Below are positions 1 through 10,074 of a stretch of 64,000 nt of DNA, piece by piece. A program made the translations under genes and the position numbers. This DNA comes from a virus. Its lineage: Duplodnaviria > Heunggongvirae > Uroviricota > Caudoviricetes. A model generated the notes under the pieces. It saw only the letters and a list, made by a program, of their open reading frames with translations, had not been told where the DNA came from and ran no database searches. The number at the start of each line of letters is the position of its first letter. Position 1 is the first letter of the stretch. The stretch is taken from the IMG/VR virus record IMGVR_UViG_3300027126_000001; one strand, written 5' to 3'.

Positions 1-357
1 AAATAGGAATTTGTTTTCATAATATGTATGAAGCTTTTTATTTGGAGTAAAGATAAGAATTTCTCTTGAGAATTCCAACTGTTTACCTTCTTTTATTAAG
101 CCTTTTATTTCTGAGTGAGAACCATAGTATGTTTTCCAGTCAGATTCTTTTCTAACTATTTTAGATTTACTAGCTCTTTTATCTGTTATTAAAGCCAGTT
201 CTTTTTTACCTAAAGCTTTTTTTGTAACAGAAATAAGTTGTTTCTTTCCTAAGTATTTTCTACCGGTTGGTAGATGTGTTACTTCGTAGATAAACCCGAA
301 AATGTCTTCGGGCATATCTGATAGTTCTTTAATTTCTTTTTCTTTATATAACCACAT
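1..357 (-). CDS. GIY-YIG-type endonuclease-like protein, N-terminal part (ORF runs off the window start)
   Basis: ATG at 357-355. 119 codons stay open to position 1. The translation MWLYKEKEIKELSDMPEDIFGFIYEVTHLPTGRKYLGKK contains GFIY...(9 aa)...YLG, the GIY-YIG signature. Not in the ORF track because it is truncated by the window edge. Confidence 0.55.
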   Translation of the reverse strand, partial: MWLYKEKEIKELSDMPEDIFGFIYEVTHLPTGRKYLGKKQLISVTKKALGKKELALITDKRASKSKIVRKESDWKTYYGSHSEIKGLIKEGKQLEFSREILIFTPNKKLHTYYENKFLF

Positions 358-372
358 TTTTATTTTGTTTTA

Positions 373-1950
373 TTAGAATAATGCATTCCAAATTGTTCCG
401 TTATAGTAGTATAGTACGCTAGATCCTGCTGAACCTGATGCTATTATCATTCCTTCTACCGGTGTTGGTGTTGTTGTTCTTACTGCTAACTGTAAGATAT
501 CTTTTAACATTAACGAACCTGTTACTTGGAATGTACTTCCTGATGCAAATACTAAATTTGATCTTGAGCTGTTTGAGGTTCCATTTCCTATTATGAAAGC
601 AGATTGTGCTGATGATGATATGTTGTACTGGCCTTGAACGTGTTGGTATGAACCTGATGCTACTGTTGCTAATCCTTCAGCATGAGATGCTAATCCTATA
701 GCGTCTGTACTAGCCCCTTCTGCATGTGAATAATTTCCTACTGCTGCGTTGTTGAATCCTTCAGCGTGTGAGTAAGATCCTGATGATACCGATAGCCATC
801 CTTCTGCATGAGAGTAATAGCCTGTAGCTGTTGTGCTGCGTCCTTCAGCGTGAGAGTAGTCTCCTAATGCTGTTGTATCGTTTCCTTCTGCATGTGAATA
901 AGATCCTGATGCTACTGTAGAGAATCCTTCAGCGTGTGAGTAGTCACCTAGTGCTACTGTATTCGCTCCTTCAGCATGTGAGGCAACTCCTGATGCTTGT
1001 GTTTGCTGTCCTTCAGCGTGTGAATAGTTGCCTAATGATTTTGTATTAGTCCCTTGTGCATGTGAGGCACCCCCTCTTGCTTCTGTATACGATCCTTCGG
1101 CGTGTGAGTGACTTCCTGATGCTATTGCCCCATTCCCTTCTGCATGTGAATATGATCCCGACGCTATTGTTACATTCCCCTCAGCATGTGAGCTATTTCC
1201 GACTGCAGTGGTACCGTACCCCTCAGCATGTGATCCTTCTCCTCCTGCCGTCGTTTCAATCCCTTCTGCATGAGATGCCTGATCCACTGTTACTGTCTGG
1301 TAACCTTCAGCATGAGAATAGTCTCCTACCGCTCTTGTGTCTCCTCCCTCTGCATGTGAGTACGATCCGGTTGCTCTTGTATTCTCGCCCTCTGCATGTG
1401 AGTAGTATCCTTTTGCAATAGTAATACTTCCTTCGGCATGTGAATATGATCCTGACGCTATGGTACCAAATCCTTCGGCGTGAGATGCTACCCCTACTGC
1501 CCCTGTGCCGGATCCTTCTGAGTGTGCGTAATTGGCTGTAGCTGTGGTTGTAAATCCTTCAGCATGGGAGCCGGTTGCGGTTGCCTGGCCATTTACCCCT
1601 TCTGCATGCGAAAATAATCCTGATGCTATAGTGCTGTAACCTTCTCCATGTGAAAACCTGTCATTTGGTGCAGAAATACTTCCACTTCCGTTTACTAGTG
1701 ATCCTGATATCTGAACTTGACTATCTGTATAGGTCATTGCTGCACTTCCTTCCCATTGTGATATGGTTGGGATTGTTAATGACATGCTTGCTGGTGCAGG
1801 TATATCTCTGTCTTCTATTATACTTCCTGTAGTGAATAGTGTTATTGTTCCACTTGAATATGATGCAGAGTAGAAGTATGATGAAAAGTTGGTATCTAAC
1901 TGATCAAATGTAAGTGCTGATCCTGTTACGTTTCTTAAAGTGATTGCCAT
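373..1950 (-). CDS. Tail fibre / receptor-binding protein carrying ~20 tandem 14-aa repeats (SHAEGxxTxAxGxY), YadA-head / hep_Hag-like
   Basis: 525-aa ORF. Residues ~110-440 are a near-perfect 14-residue periodic repeat (YSHAEG-x2-T-x-A-x-G-x), which is a 42-bp tandem repeat at DNA level (~640-1640). Gly/Ser/Thr-rich, and last gene of the structural block. Confidence 0.6.
   Translation of the reverse strand: MAITLRNVTGSALTFDQLDTNFSSYFYSASYSSGTITLFTTGSIIEDRDIPAPASMSLTIPTISQWEGSAAMTYTDSQVQISGSLVNGSGSISAPNDRFSHGEGYSTIASGLFSHAEGVNGQATATGSHAEGFTTTATANYAHSEGSGTGAVGVASHAEGFGTIASGSYSHAEGSITIAKGYYSHAEGENTRATGSYSHAEGGDTRAVGDYSHAEGYQTVTVDQASHAEGIETTAGGEGSHAEGYGTTAVGNSSHAEGNVTIASGSYSHAEGNGAIASGSHSHAEGSYTEARGGASHAQGTNTKSLGNYSHAEGQQTQASGVASHAEGANTVALGDYSHAEGFSTVASGSYSHAEGNDTTALGDYSHAEGRSTTATGYYSHAEGWLSVSSGSYSHAEGFNNAAVGNYSHAEGASTDAIGLASHAEGLATVASGSYQHVQGQYNISSSAQSAFIIGNGTSNSSRSNLVFASGSTFQVTGSLMLKDILQLAVRTTTPTPVEGMIIASGSAGSSVLYYYNGTIWNALF
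640..1640 (-). repeat. 42-bp in-frame tandem repeat array (~20 copies) inside the tail-fibre gene
   Basis: Recurrent gcatgtga / gcgtgtga (SHAEG codons read on the minus strand) every 42 bp. Confidence 0.75.
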
Positions 1951-1956
1951 GGTGTT

Positions 1957-2916
1957 TTATATGTCTATTTTAACAATTATTGTCATTTCTGTATTTGCAG
2001 GTTTTGGTACTGGTCTGTTTAATTTTCCAACTGCTATTAACTCATTTGCATCGTTATACAGTCCTACTGTAGTAATGTATGGTGTAAAACTACTTCCTGT
2101 TACGTTATTGTTCAACCTTCCATCGCTAATACTTGCAGAGGTTGAAAAGATATTCCCTTCATTATCATATACAGTTTTTAACGAACTTGTAAGTGCTGAT
2201 GGGTTGTATGTAAAGTTGTTTTCAAATTCCCTCACCTTGCAGTGATAGTTGTGGGTGAATATCGGTTGACTTGATTTGAATGTAAGCTGTACACCTTGTA
2301 CTGTACCTTTACCTCCCATTGCTGTACTGAATAGTGTAGCATATGTTAGGTCTGTTACTACTACTGTCCCATGTGGGTAGATAATATCTCCTACATACGT
2401 TCTAGGAGAGCTTCCAGATAAGTACAATAACCCTTCCCCGTCATCTAATATTGTTGCTGATGTTGGTATTATTACTACTTCTGCTGGTCTTGGGCGTCTT
2501 CCACCAAAATCTAGTGGTGATAGGTAACCTTGTAGAACTGCACCTTCTGCTAATGCACCTAGTTGTTGGAGTATCCCTGAATCAGCTTTAAGCATAAATC
2601 CGTCTTGCGGTTTTATTGCTGTACCGAATAATGTCCTTGGTATATTTAATTGAAAAGATCCTGTTGTCAGGTTTCTTGATTGTGACTGGTATAGTGTGGT
2701 TTGGTTGTAGTAGTCGTACTTATGGCTTGTTATGTTTCCTAATACCTTTGTCGGATAGTATAGTTGCTGTAAGCTATTTAACGCTGTCCCTGTTACATTT
2801 GGATTGTATGTTATTGAGTACGCACTAAACGCACTCCCTGTTACTGCCCAGGTCTTGTGGGCAGTATAGGTTGTGATAAAAGCATCTTGTTTGTTTAGTC
2901 TCTTGTAAGTGCTCAT
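1957..2916 (-). CDS. Tail fibre / structural protein sharing a conserved C-terminal module with the next gene
   Basis: 319 aa. C-terminus TTVGLYNDANELIAVGKLNRPVPK matches the C-terminus of the 2920-3930 product (TTVGLYNDSNDLLAVAKLSRPLLK). T/S/N/G-rich, as fibre proteins usually are. Confidence 0.5.
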   Translation of the reverse strand: MSTYKRLNKQDAFITTYTAHKTWAVTGSAFSAYSITYNPNVTGTALNSLQQLYYPTKVLGNITSHKYDYYNQTTLYQSQSRNLTTGSFQLNIPRTLFGTAIKPQDGFMLKADSGILQQLGALAEGAVLQGYLSPLDFGGRRPRPAEVVIIPTSATILDDGEGLLYLSGSSPRTYVGDIIYPHGTVVVTDLTYATLFSTAMGGKGTVQGVQLTFKSSQPIFTHNYHCKVREFENNFTYNPSALTSSLKTVYDNEGNIFSTSASISDGRLNNNVTGSSFTPYITTVGLYNDANELIAVGKLNRPVPKPANTEMTIIVKIDI

Positions 2917-2919
2917 TCA

Positions 2920-3930
2920 TTAATAATCAAGCTTGATTCTTACTAACGCTTCTTTTGTAAAATCTTTCAGTAAAGGTCTTGATAGTTTTGCAACTGCTAA
3001 CAAATCGTTACTATCGTTGTAAAGCCCTACTGTTGTCATATATGATTGTGGACTGTTAACCATTACATCCCATCTTAATTCTCCTGATCCTGTTATGTTC
3101 GATGGATTTGTTGAATAGTTAAATTCACTGTTTCTTACTCGGATAAATACGAAATTTGAAGAAATAGTCTCTTCAGAGCTTAACGAAAAATTACCTCCCT
3201 GTGCCAACATGCTAAAGAATATGTCTAGGTTATTAGGGGTTGCACTGTCGTTTGTTTCGTTTAGTACTGCTGCTAATCCTCCTCCTGCTGCTGATGCTTT
3301 TAGAGCTTCTCCGTTTATTACTACGATCCCTACATCTGGTAAGAATTTTCCATACGATCCTGAGTTGGGTGTAAAACCTGTTCCCCCGTTGTATGAAACT
3401 CCGTTCGACCCGCTTATAATATCATAAACTCTTCCCGAGTCTGTATAAGATACTGTTGTCTGGTTAGCGCTATTATCAGTTAGTTTTATTATATTAGATC
3501 CTGATGCTAATGTTAGGTTAAATGTACCTGGTTTTAGCTTCTCTTTATAACGAGATCTGTTTATAGATAGTATATATACTGAGTTTGGAGTAATCGTACC
3601 GAAGGTAAAATCTGTATTCTCATCTCCGTTGACCAATGTTCTGTACTGTCCGTAGGTTACTGCTGAGGGTGATTTTCCTGCAATTTCGCTTATATTTTCT
3701 GAACCTGATCCTACCCTATTGCCATATGCTGCTGCAAATTGTACTGTTGTTCCGGTAGTGCTAGTATTTAGGTTGTATACATTATAGTAGTAGTTTCCTG
3801 TGTTACTTGATACCTGTGATGATGCTGTAAAGAAGCTTGTAAGTGTTGTTGCTTGGTTTGTCCAGGCAGGTGCTACTACTGCTTCTGCACTTATTGTGAT
3901 ATCTTCTGGGTCTAATCTTTTGAATGACAT
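2920..3930 (-). CDS. Tail fibre / structural protein, paralog of 1957-2916 at the C-terminus
   Basis: 336 aa, shared C-terminal ~35 aa, 3-nt spacing to neighbouring genes. Confidence 0.5.
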   Translation of the reverse strand: MSFKRLDPEDITISAEAVVAPAWTNQATTLTSFFTASSQVSSNTGNYYYNVYNLNTSTTGTTVQFAAAYGNRVGSGSENISEIAGKSPSAVTYGQYRTLVNGDENTDFTFGTITPNSVYILSINRSRYKEKLKPGTFNLTLASGSNIIKLTDNSANQTTVSYTDSGRVYDIISGSNGVSYNGGTGFTPNSGSYGKFLPDVGIVVINGEALKASAAGGGLAAVLNETNDSATPNNLDIFFSMLAQGGNFSLSSEETISSNFVFIRVRNSEFNYSTNPSNITGSGELRWDVMVNSPQSYMTTVGLYNDSNDLLAVAKLSRPLLKDFTKEALVRIKLDY

Positions 3931-3936
3931 ATCTTA

Positions 3937-4596
3937 TTATTGATTTACTTTAATAATAGTTACCGGGATTGTTAGTCTTGCTCCTGAATCTCTACCTATT
4001 ACTGTAATAGTTGTGTTTAGTTCAGTTCTCTCTCCAAACAGTGTGTTAATTGTTGTACCTGTTAGGTTAATTGATGTTCCTATTACTGTCTTAGATACAT
4101 TTGTTCCTAAAGTTGTAGTAGAGTTTAGATTAGTAGCTTCTTGTGTATTAATCCCTACACCATTAAATGTACTCAGTACTCTAGCATCAGCAATAGTTGC
4201 AACATATCCTGCAGATTCGAATGCTTGAGAAGATCCTAAATAGTTTAAAGTTTGTGGTGTGATTGCAAGTGATGCTCCTTGTTTTAATCTGATTGCAGAG
4301 AATCCTAAATCTAAGATTGGCAACTTAGCAGTACCTCTTGGTAGTGTTGCAAGTTTATATTTCATGATTTGAGTTTCATCTGGAAATGCTTCCAGTAGTG
4401 GCATAGCCTCTATAGCTTCTCCAAAATAGGCAGACCCAGATGGGTGATCGGGGTTGTACAACGTATAATCTATTTCATCATCTGCTAATGCAAATTGCGT
4501 TATTTTAAAAGATCCATCTCCTCTTGCAAGTAATTCTCTTCCTTTTTTTGTTAAAATCGCATCTACTGTTACGACTGTATTATTCAAATATCCCAT
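3937..4596 (-). CDS. Virion structural protein (hypothetical)
   Basis: 219-aa ORF tightly packed in the structural operon. Confidence 0.4.
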   Translation of the reverse strand: MGYLNNTVVTVDAILTKKGRELLARGDGSFKITQFALADDEIDYTLYNPDHPSGSAYFGEAIEAMPLLEAFPDETQIMKYKLATLPRGTAKLPILDLGFSAIRLKQGASLAITPQTLNYLGSSQAFESAGYVATIADARVLSTFNGVGINTQEATNLNSTTTLGTNVSKTVIGTSINLTGTTINTLFGERTELNTTITVIGRDSGARLTIPVTIIKVNQ

Positions 4597-4649
4597 TTGT
4601 TTTTACTTTTATTAATAAATATATGACTTTATACTTTCTAAAACAACCC

Positions 4650-5756
4650 CTAAATAGTAGGTGTACTCCCTGATACTACATACCCTAGTGCATCTGTGTA
4701 CACAATGTACCCTGTATCCTTTAACCTTACCTTTCCCTGTCTTGTCGGTGAAGGGCGACTTTTTTCTAATTCAAACATTCTTATAGGGTTAATTCTATAT
4801 AATTTTGTAGAATCGTTTATAGCACTCCTTACTGTATTATTCCAACCTCGTACTACCTCCAGGTTATAGTCATTGTTAGATGTAAGTCTTCTTATCGACA
4901 CTACTTTTATTATTTCCGAAGAAGTTCCTGCTTTTATTAAATCCCCTGGCTCGTAGAGTTTAAGTGGTCTGTTTGATCCTTCTGGGTAGACTATCAACTG
5001 GGAGGCAGATGGACTTGCTGCTGGGCTTATATAAAATAGAGGTGTTGTATCTAACGAATATAGTGGGTATGTTTGTTCACTTGTGTGAAAATATTCTAGA
5101 TACGACCTCTCTGACACATCTATATTTGCTATCTCCGTGTCAGGTGTCTGTATTGGGTAATAGGTTCCTTGTAAACTTGTACCTCTAATTGCGGAATCAA
5201 TAGTTGCGTATGTTAAATTATTTGTAGGTGTTCCTTCATACCTTGCATTAATCCACCCTGTATCTGAGTATGAACTGTCTTGTACGTCAGCAAATGTTAT
5301 TGATGTATTCTTTAGTATGTACTCCGAAGCTCTACTATTTTGTGCTGTATTTAAAGTTACGTTATAGTCACTCACGTAGAAACTCCCTCCTCGTATATTT
5401 GGTAATAGAATAACCTCACCATCCTGCACTGTCTCATTTTCAGTAGGAGTGTACGTCACGTAGGGTTGAATATTCTTAGGTGTTACCTCAAAAAAGTAAT
5501 ACCTAAACGGTGTTGCTCCTCGAATAACTCTAGAGGTTATTACTAATTCCACAGTTGCTCCGGGATCATTATCTACCGGTAGTGTTATTGTCTGTGTTTG
5601 AGCAAGAATATTCCTTACCTCGCTACCTTCATTATCTAAAAAGGGAACTGTAACACCTAGTACTGTTATAGGTGCACTATCTGTGCACCATATATTAACT
5701 CCTTCCGGGTATAGGTCTGCTATTTCGAGAAACTCCTGTTGTGTTAGTGTTGCCAT
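4650..5756 (-). CDS. Virion structural protein (hypothetical)
   Basis: 368-aa ORF in the structural operon. Confidence 0.4.
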   Translation of the reverse strand: MATLTQQEFLEIADLYPEGVNIWCTDSAPITVLGVTVPFLDNEGSEVRNILAQTQTITLPVDNDPGATVELVITSRVIRGATPFRYYFFEVTPKNIQPYVTYTPTENETVQDGEVILLPNIRGGSFYVSDYNVTLNTAQNSRASEYILKNTSITFADVQDSSYSDTGWINARYEGTPTNNLTYATIDSAIRGTSLQGTYYPIQTPDTEIANIDVSERSYLEYFHTSEQTYPLYSLDTTPLFYISPAASPSASQLIVYPEGSNRPLKLYEPGDLIKAGTSSEIIKVVSIRRLTSNNDYNLEVVRGWNNTVRSAINDSTKLYRINPIRMFELEKSRPSPTRQGKVRLKDTGYIVYTDALGYVVSGSTPTI

Positions 5757-5785
5757 TGTTTATTCTGTTTGTATACAGTATTTTA

Positions 5786-8700
5786 TTAACTAAATCGATC
5801 TGGGACGTCCCCACCTGTGTCCTCTGTTATACACTCTTGTGGGCTATATGCATACTGGCCGTTGTCGCAGAGGTAGTTCCGTATGTCAGCTACCGGTGGT
5901 GAGGTTGGTTCTATAAGTACAAACGGTGTACATTCTGGTTCATTCTCTAAAGCTGTTATCCTCAATGTTAGTCCCTCTATGTACTCCTGGTCGACCTGGC
6001 TTGGGTATGTAAGTAGGAAGATATCCGTATACTCTATCTTAAATAGTGCAACGTTTCCTGTTATAGCAGGAAAAGAAGTCTGCGGTCCGTATCTCCAAGA
6101 ATACTTATATAGCCCTCCTCCATAAGGCCCGTTGCCGAATTCTCCTTGACCTGTTACTTCAAACTCCAAATCAGTTGGAGGGCGTAGTATAGTTGAAGCT
6201 AGTACCGATCCAAAGGCATAGTTGTCTAGTATTTCTACCCTATAGCTTAGTGTGTCAGGATTCTCTCCTGTAAAATATCTTGCCAAACCGTAGTTGTTTA
6301 CTGTACTACTTGGGATAACTTGTGTTGTATCTGTTGTACCTACATATTTTTTTAATCTCCAGTCTGCTCTATCAATAAGAGCTTTTGATTCTGTAACTAC
6401 ACTACATAATCCTGCTGCAATTGGATAGTTATAGGTACACGTTAACGGTATCTTGGTGTCTTGTACTGTTAATGTATACGTGTTTGTTGCTGCACCAGTA
6501 AAGGTTATAGTGGCAGCACCGGCACTCGAAAGAAGTCCGTTGTATACTACGTTTGAGTTTGTGTTGTTTACTATATTTAGGTTTATATTGGCTGGTAGAT
6601 TTTGTGAACCTATTGTAAACCAATTCTGTAAGTTATACACATTTGTATTTGTAACATTTTGCCTGAACTGTTCTGTAGTTTGAATATCACATACTGCAAC
6701 TTGTATTTTAATTGACGATGTACATATACCCTCTACCCCTTCGTTTGAAGCAGTTAAAGAGTGTGTGGTATAATTTGCATAGTTATTTGTATTGAAAGGG
6801 AATATGAAACTACCTGTAGGTTTATTACTACTTGTTATTTCGTACTCCATATTTTGTGATAACCCTGTGTATATATTATTACTGTTCCAGCTTCCTGAGT
6901 TTAGGTATAGTGTATTATTACTACTGCTGTAATATATACCTCCTTGTACATCTGTATAGGTAGTGTATGGGTTTAGTATACATAGGCCTTCTGCATTTAT
7001 CCACCTAGTTACATCAAAAGGATTTGTAAAAAATGTAGGTGTTTTAAACAAATTTGCACTGTTAAGTTCACCGTTTGATACCCTAATTGTACCTCCTGCT
7101 AATTCTCCGTTAATTCTAGCCTCTTGATGTAAATGTGCATCAGTTGTACCTATTCCGAACAGAGTTTGTACGTATGTAGTGTAGTTTGTATTTAACTCAC
7201 CATCCACACCTCCTTGTGTTACAGAATCATATGCACCTGCACTTTTTCCTTGTATAAACCCAGTATCAATTGATGCTGTATATTCTGGTCTTGTACCCTG
7301 TAATGTAGGGGATTTTGCTTTACTTCTCTGTAGCAAATGTGGTTTAATTATTACACCTGTGTCTGCTACTGCTCTTGCAGGTATGAAATCCTTAACCATT
7401 TTAAATACTGTATTGTCAAAGAATTTGATAAGTCTCACATAATCCTGTACATTATATGCATCTAAATCCCTTGTAATATATTCCACTACTGTATTCAGTC
7501 CTGAGTAATCGCTTTCATATAGATTTTGCGGATTACCTAAGAACTCATCTATAGTTGTAAATTCGTACGATAGAGATGTTGCAGTTGATGTAAAGGTCGG
7601 TGCCGGTATTGCTAATCCCCACACTATATCACTCAGGTTTTCTAAATCCTCTATACTTCCTCCATCTGCTAAAACCCTTGTACTATAGTTTGTGACAATC
7701 TGGTTAATTGACGCACTATATGCTGCTACCTGCTGTGCTATTGATCCTGAGGCTATGTTTGTATTTATTGCTACTATTGATGCCGATATTGCTATTGAAC
7801 CACTATCTAGTATAAACTTATCAATATTATCTGTTGGTGAGAATCCTACTTCTATTGTATGTAGATCGTCTGTGTATTTATACTCTCTCTTAACAATTGA
7901 AGTGTATCCAGATAAGGTGCTACCAGTTAATATACTTCCCGTATTATCTAGTCTAATTTTATCTAGTGAACTCGTATAGTGTTGGTAGTCCCCATAAAAA
8001 GGTGTTGTTGATACCTTCCTACCTCCATATGTTTTTACATCTAGAATGTCTGATGGTATTCCAAAACAGTTGATAAGTGCTCTAAGTCCTCTCTCTGTTC
8101 CTTTTGATTTTAAAAGAAGTGGTAGGTTGTGGTAAATTCTTTTATAAATTTCCCTTTGGTAGTTATCAAATGAAGAAGGTTGTATTGGAGTATTTGACCC
8201 TGTTACCGATCCTGTTACGTATGTAGTTATCTTTTCACTCCCTGATTGATATGGTTGCCCGATAAATGACGAAAATAAGTCCTCTATCGATTTATTCGAT
8301 GTGTATAGTTTTACTCCAAAATTTTTCAATACCTCTGCAACTAAGTCTCTAGATACTCCAAAATTTAACCTATTATCTGCATCGTATTTATCTGAAACTC
8401 CTTTTGCATATATCCACATATTGTCAAAGTGTTGACCAATCATATGGATAAAAGTTATATAACTTGCATTAGAACTGTCGTCTCTAAGGTAAGAAGGTAT
8501 GCTATTAATTAATATGTTAGTGTTTGTAACATCGTATGTGGCAGCTACAGTTAGCTTACTGTTAAACCATGTATCTGCTCCTGAAGTTGTATCGTTTATA
8601 TAGGGTTTTGTACTGTTTGTTTTTGGCCAGCTATTACTTCCTGATTCGTAATACAGAAATCTTTCGTAGTGATCAAAATTATTTACTATACCTTTTACAA

Positions 8701-9736
8701 GGTCTTGGTAGTACGTAATACTTCCTGTAGTACCTAAAGAAGATGTCGTAACTGCTTGAACGTTTGCAATCTGTGTATTATACGACTGTATTAGGTCTAG
8801 CTTGTACTTAAAATTCAATAACCTCTCTTGTGCAGATGAAAAATGTACAAAATTACTGTAATCGTTATGGTCAATACTTAATTGTACCCCTTTACTATTC
8901 ACTAATGAATACAGCTCGTTAGTTGTATTTGTAATAGGCAGACTTAGAAGAGTATCATAGGTACAGTAATCTGTAGGTATTACGTTTTCGTCTGCTAAAT
9001 CTAGATTGAAATTTGGAGATCTTAGCTGTAGTGCTGATTCTACCTCTGTTTCAAAAGTACTTGTTACTTCATATACGGTACTGTCACTTACAAGCTCTAC
9101 TATACGTAATGTAGATTTCTCTACGATATCCTCTAATAGTGGTTCATATAATTTAACGACCACTACTGTGTCGTCCCCTTCCTGTAGTGTATCTATATTT
9201 ACTCCTATAAGTAAATCGTTACTAAGTAGATTTACCCTAAATTCATTAAAGTATGATTGTGTCTCTAACTTTGTTTTTATAGAAGTTGTAAAGGTTGTTA
9301 ACTCTTCTGAGGTTAAATTGAAAGTTTTTAGTTTTAACTCTGTCCTATCTGGTGAGATTGAATCGATAAAAAACTCTACACTATCCCTACCTGTTGTATA
9401 TAGGTCATTTATGAAGTTGTAAAATAGCTTAACTCCTCCATTATCATACCCATACACCTTTACATCCTCTATAGGATCTATAGTTAATACTGATGCACCT
9501 TTCTTCCCTGCTGAAGCAGCGTTACCTAACTCTTTGTAATTTCTGTAGTCGTATTCACTCTCTTGAAGTTCTCCGGCAAGGTTGTAAATATGAAGTTCTA
9601 CTACATGTTCACTGCTATCAAATAACTGGTTTACCTGGAAGGTGTTTATCAAGTTAGTATCCTCTTGTGATAGAATTTCTACACTAGCTATGCTTTGAGG
9701 AGTGTCTTGATTGACTGTATATGTAATGTTTGTCAT
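5786..9736 (-). CDS. Large tail / baseplate-associated protein (host-specificity / fibre-like, 1316 aa)
   Basis: Uninterrupted 3.95-kb ORF downstream of the baseplate J/W-like genes. Size and position are typical of a central fibre or host-specificity protein. Confidence 0.45.
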   Translation of the reverse strand: MTNITYTVNQDTPQSIASVEILSQEDTNLINTFQVNQLFDSSEHVVELHIYNLAGELQESEYDYRNYKELGNAASAGKKGASVLTIDPIEDVKVYGYDNGGVKLFYNFINDLYTTGRDSVEFFIDSISPDRTELKLKTFNLTSEELTTFTTSIKTKLETQSYFNEFRVNLLSNDLLIGVNIDTLQEGDDTVVVVKLYEPLLEDIVEKSTLRIVELVSDSTVYEVTSTFETEVESALQLRSPNFNLDLADENVIPTDYCTYDTLLSLPITNTTNELYSLVNSKGVQLSIDHNDYSNFVHFSSAQERLLNFKYKLDLIQSYNTQIANVQAVTTSSLGTTGSITYYQDLVKGIVNNFDHYERFLYYESGSNSWPKTNSTKPYINDTTSGADTWFNSKLTVAATYDVTNTNILINSIPSYLRDDSSNASYITFIHMIGQHFDNMWIYAKGVSDKYDADNRLNFGVSRDLVAEVLKNFGVKLYTSNKSIEDLFSSFIGQPYQSGSEKITTYVTGSVTGSNTPIQPSSFDNYQREIYKRIYHNLPLLLKSKGTERGLRALINCFGIPSDILDVKTYGGRKVSTTPFYGDYQHYTSSLDKIRLDNTGSILTGSTLSGYTSIVKREYKYTDDLHTIEVGFSPTDNIDKFILDSGSIAISASIVAINTNIASGSIAQQVAAYSASINQIVTNYSTRVLADGGSIEDLENLSDIVWGLAIPAPTFTSTATSLSYEFTTIDEFLGNPQNLYESDYSGLNTVVEYITRDLDAYNVQDYVRLIKFFDNTVFKMVKDFIPARAVADTGVIIKPHLLQRSKAKSPTLQGTRPEYTASIDTGFIQGKSAGAYDSVTQGGVDGELNTNYTTYVQTLFGIGTTDAHLHQEARINGELAGGTIRVSNGELNSANLFKTPTFFTNPFDVTRWINAEGLCILNPYTTYTDVQGGIYYSSSNNTLYLNSGSWNSNNIYTGLSQNMEYEITSSNKPTGSFIFPFNTNNYANYTTHSLTASNEGVEGICTSSIKIQVAVCDIQTTEQFRQNVTNTNVYNLQNWFTIGSQNLPANINLNIVNNTNSNVVYNGLLSSAGAATITFTGAATNTYTLTVQDTKIPLTCTYNYPIAAGLCSVVTESKALIDRADWRLKKYVGTTDTTQVIPSSTVNNYGLARYFTGENPDTLSYRVEILDNYAFGSVLASTILRPPTDLEFEVTGQGEFGNGPYGGGLYKYSWRYGPQTSFPAITGNVALFKIEYTDIFLLTYPSQVDQEYIEGLTLRITALENEPECTPFVLIEPTSPPVADIRNYLCDNGQYAYSPQECITEDTGGDVPDRFS

Positions 9737-10074
9737 TATTGGTTAGCTGTTTCTAAATCTAAAATTTGCTGATTAGCCTGTAGTAGTTCGTCCCTTAACT
9801 GTGCGATTTCGTCAAGTAATGGCTGTATCTCTTCTGTACTTCTTTCGAAGTTTACTAGCTCTGAACTTTTCTTTATTAAGTATTCGTGAGAATCTGTTTC
9901 ACCCTCAACATCTATTACAAAGTAAAGTTTCTCATATAGTCTAAAAAACTCATCAACAGTATCAGGATCTTCTTCCGCTATAGGTTGTACGAAAGTATTA
10001 AAACTTCTATCTACTACTTTTTCAAACTCAACTGAATTATAAACTGTTTTCTGTATCTTTACGTCATTATCCAT
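9736..10074 (-). CDS. Small acidic coiled-coil protein (possible fibre assembly / chaperone protein)
   Basis: 112 aa. Shares nt 9736 with the downstream gene (ATGA-type overlap). C-terminal LRDELLQANQQILDLE heptad-like segment. Confidence 0.35.
   Translation of the reverse strand: MDNDVKIQKTVYNSVEFEKVVDRSFNTFVQPIAEEDPDTVDEFFRLYEKLYFVIDVEGETDSHEYLIKKSSELVNFERSTEEIQPLLDEIAQLRDELLQANQQILDLETANQ

Noticed and set aside
1056-1421. Plus-strand ORFs lying inside long minus-strand genes (for example 1056-1421, 1650-1832, 1940-2245, 9006-9422, 10332-10784, 12124-12540, 14191-14595, 14647-14895, 46807-47091, 57364-57774, 59208-59624)
   Set aside because: They are antisense to well-supported genes, often to repeat-containing ones. 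Their translations are low-complexity L/S/P-rich strings without motifs, and they carry no cassette or promoter.
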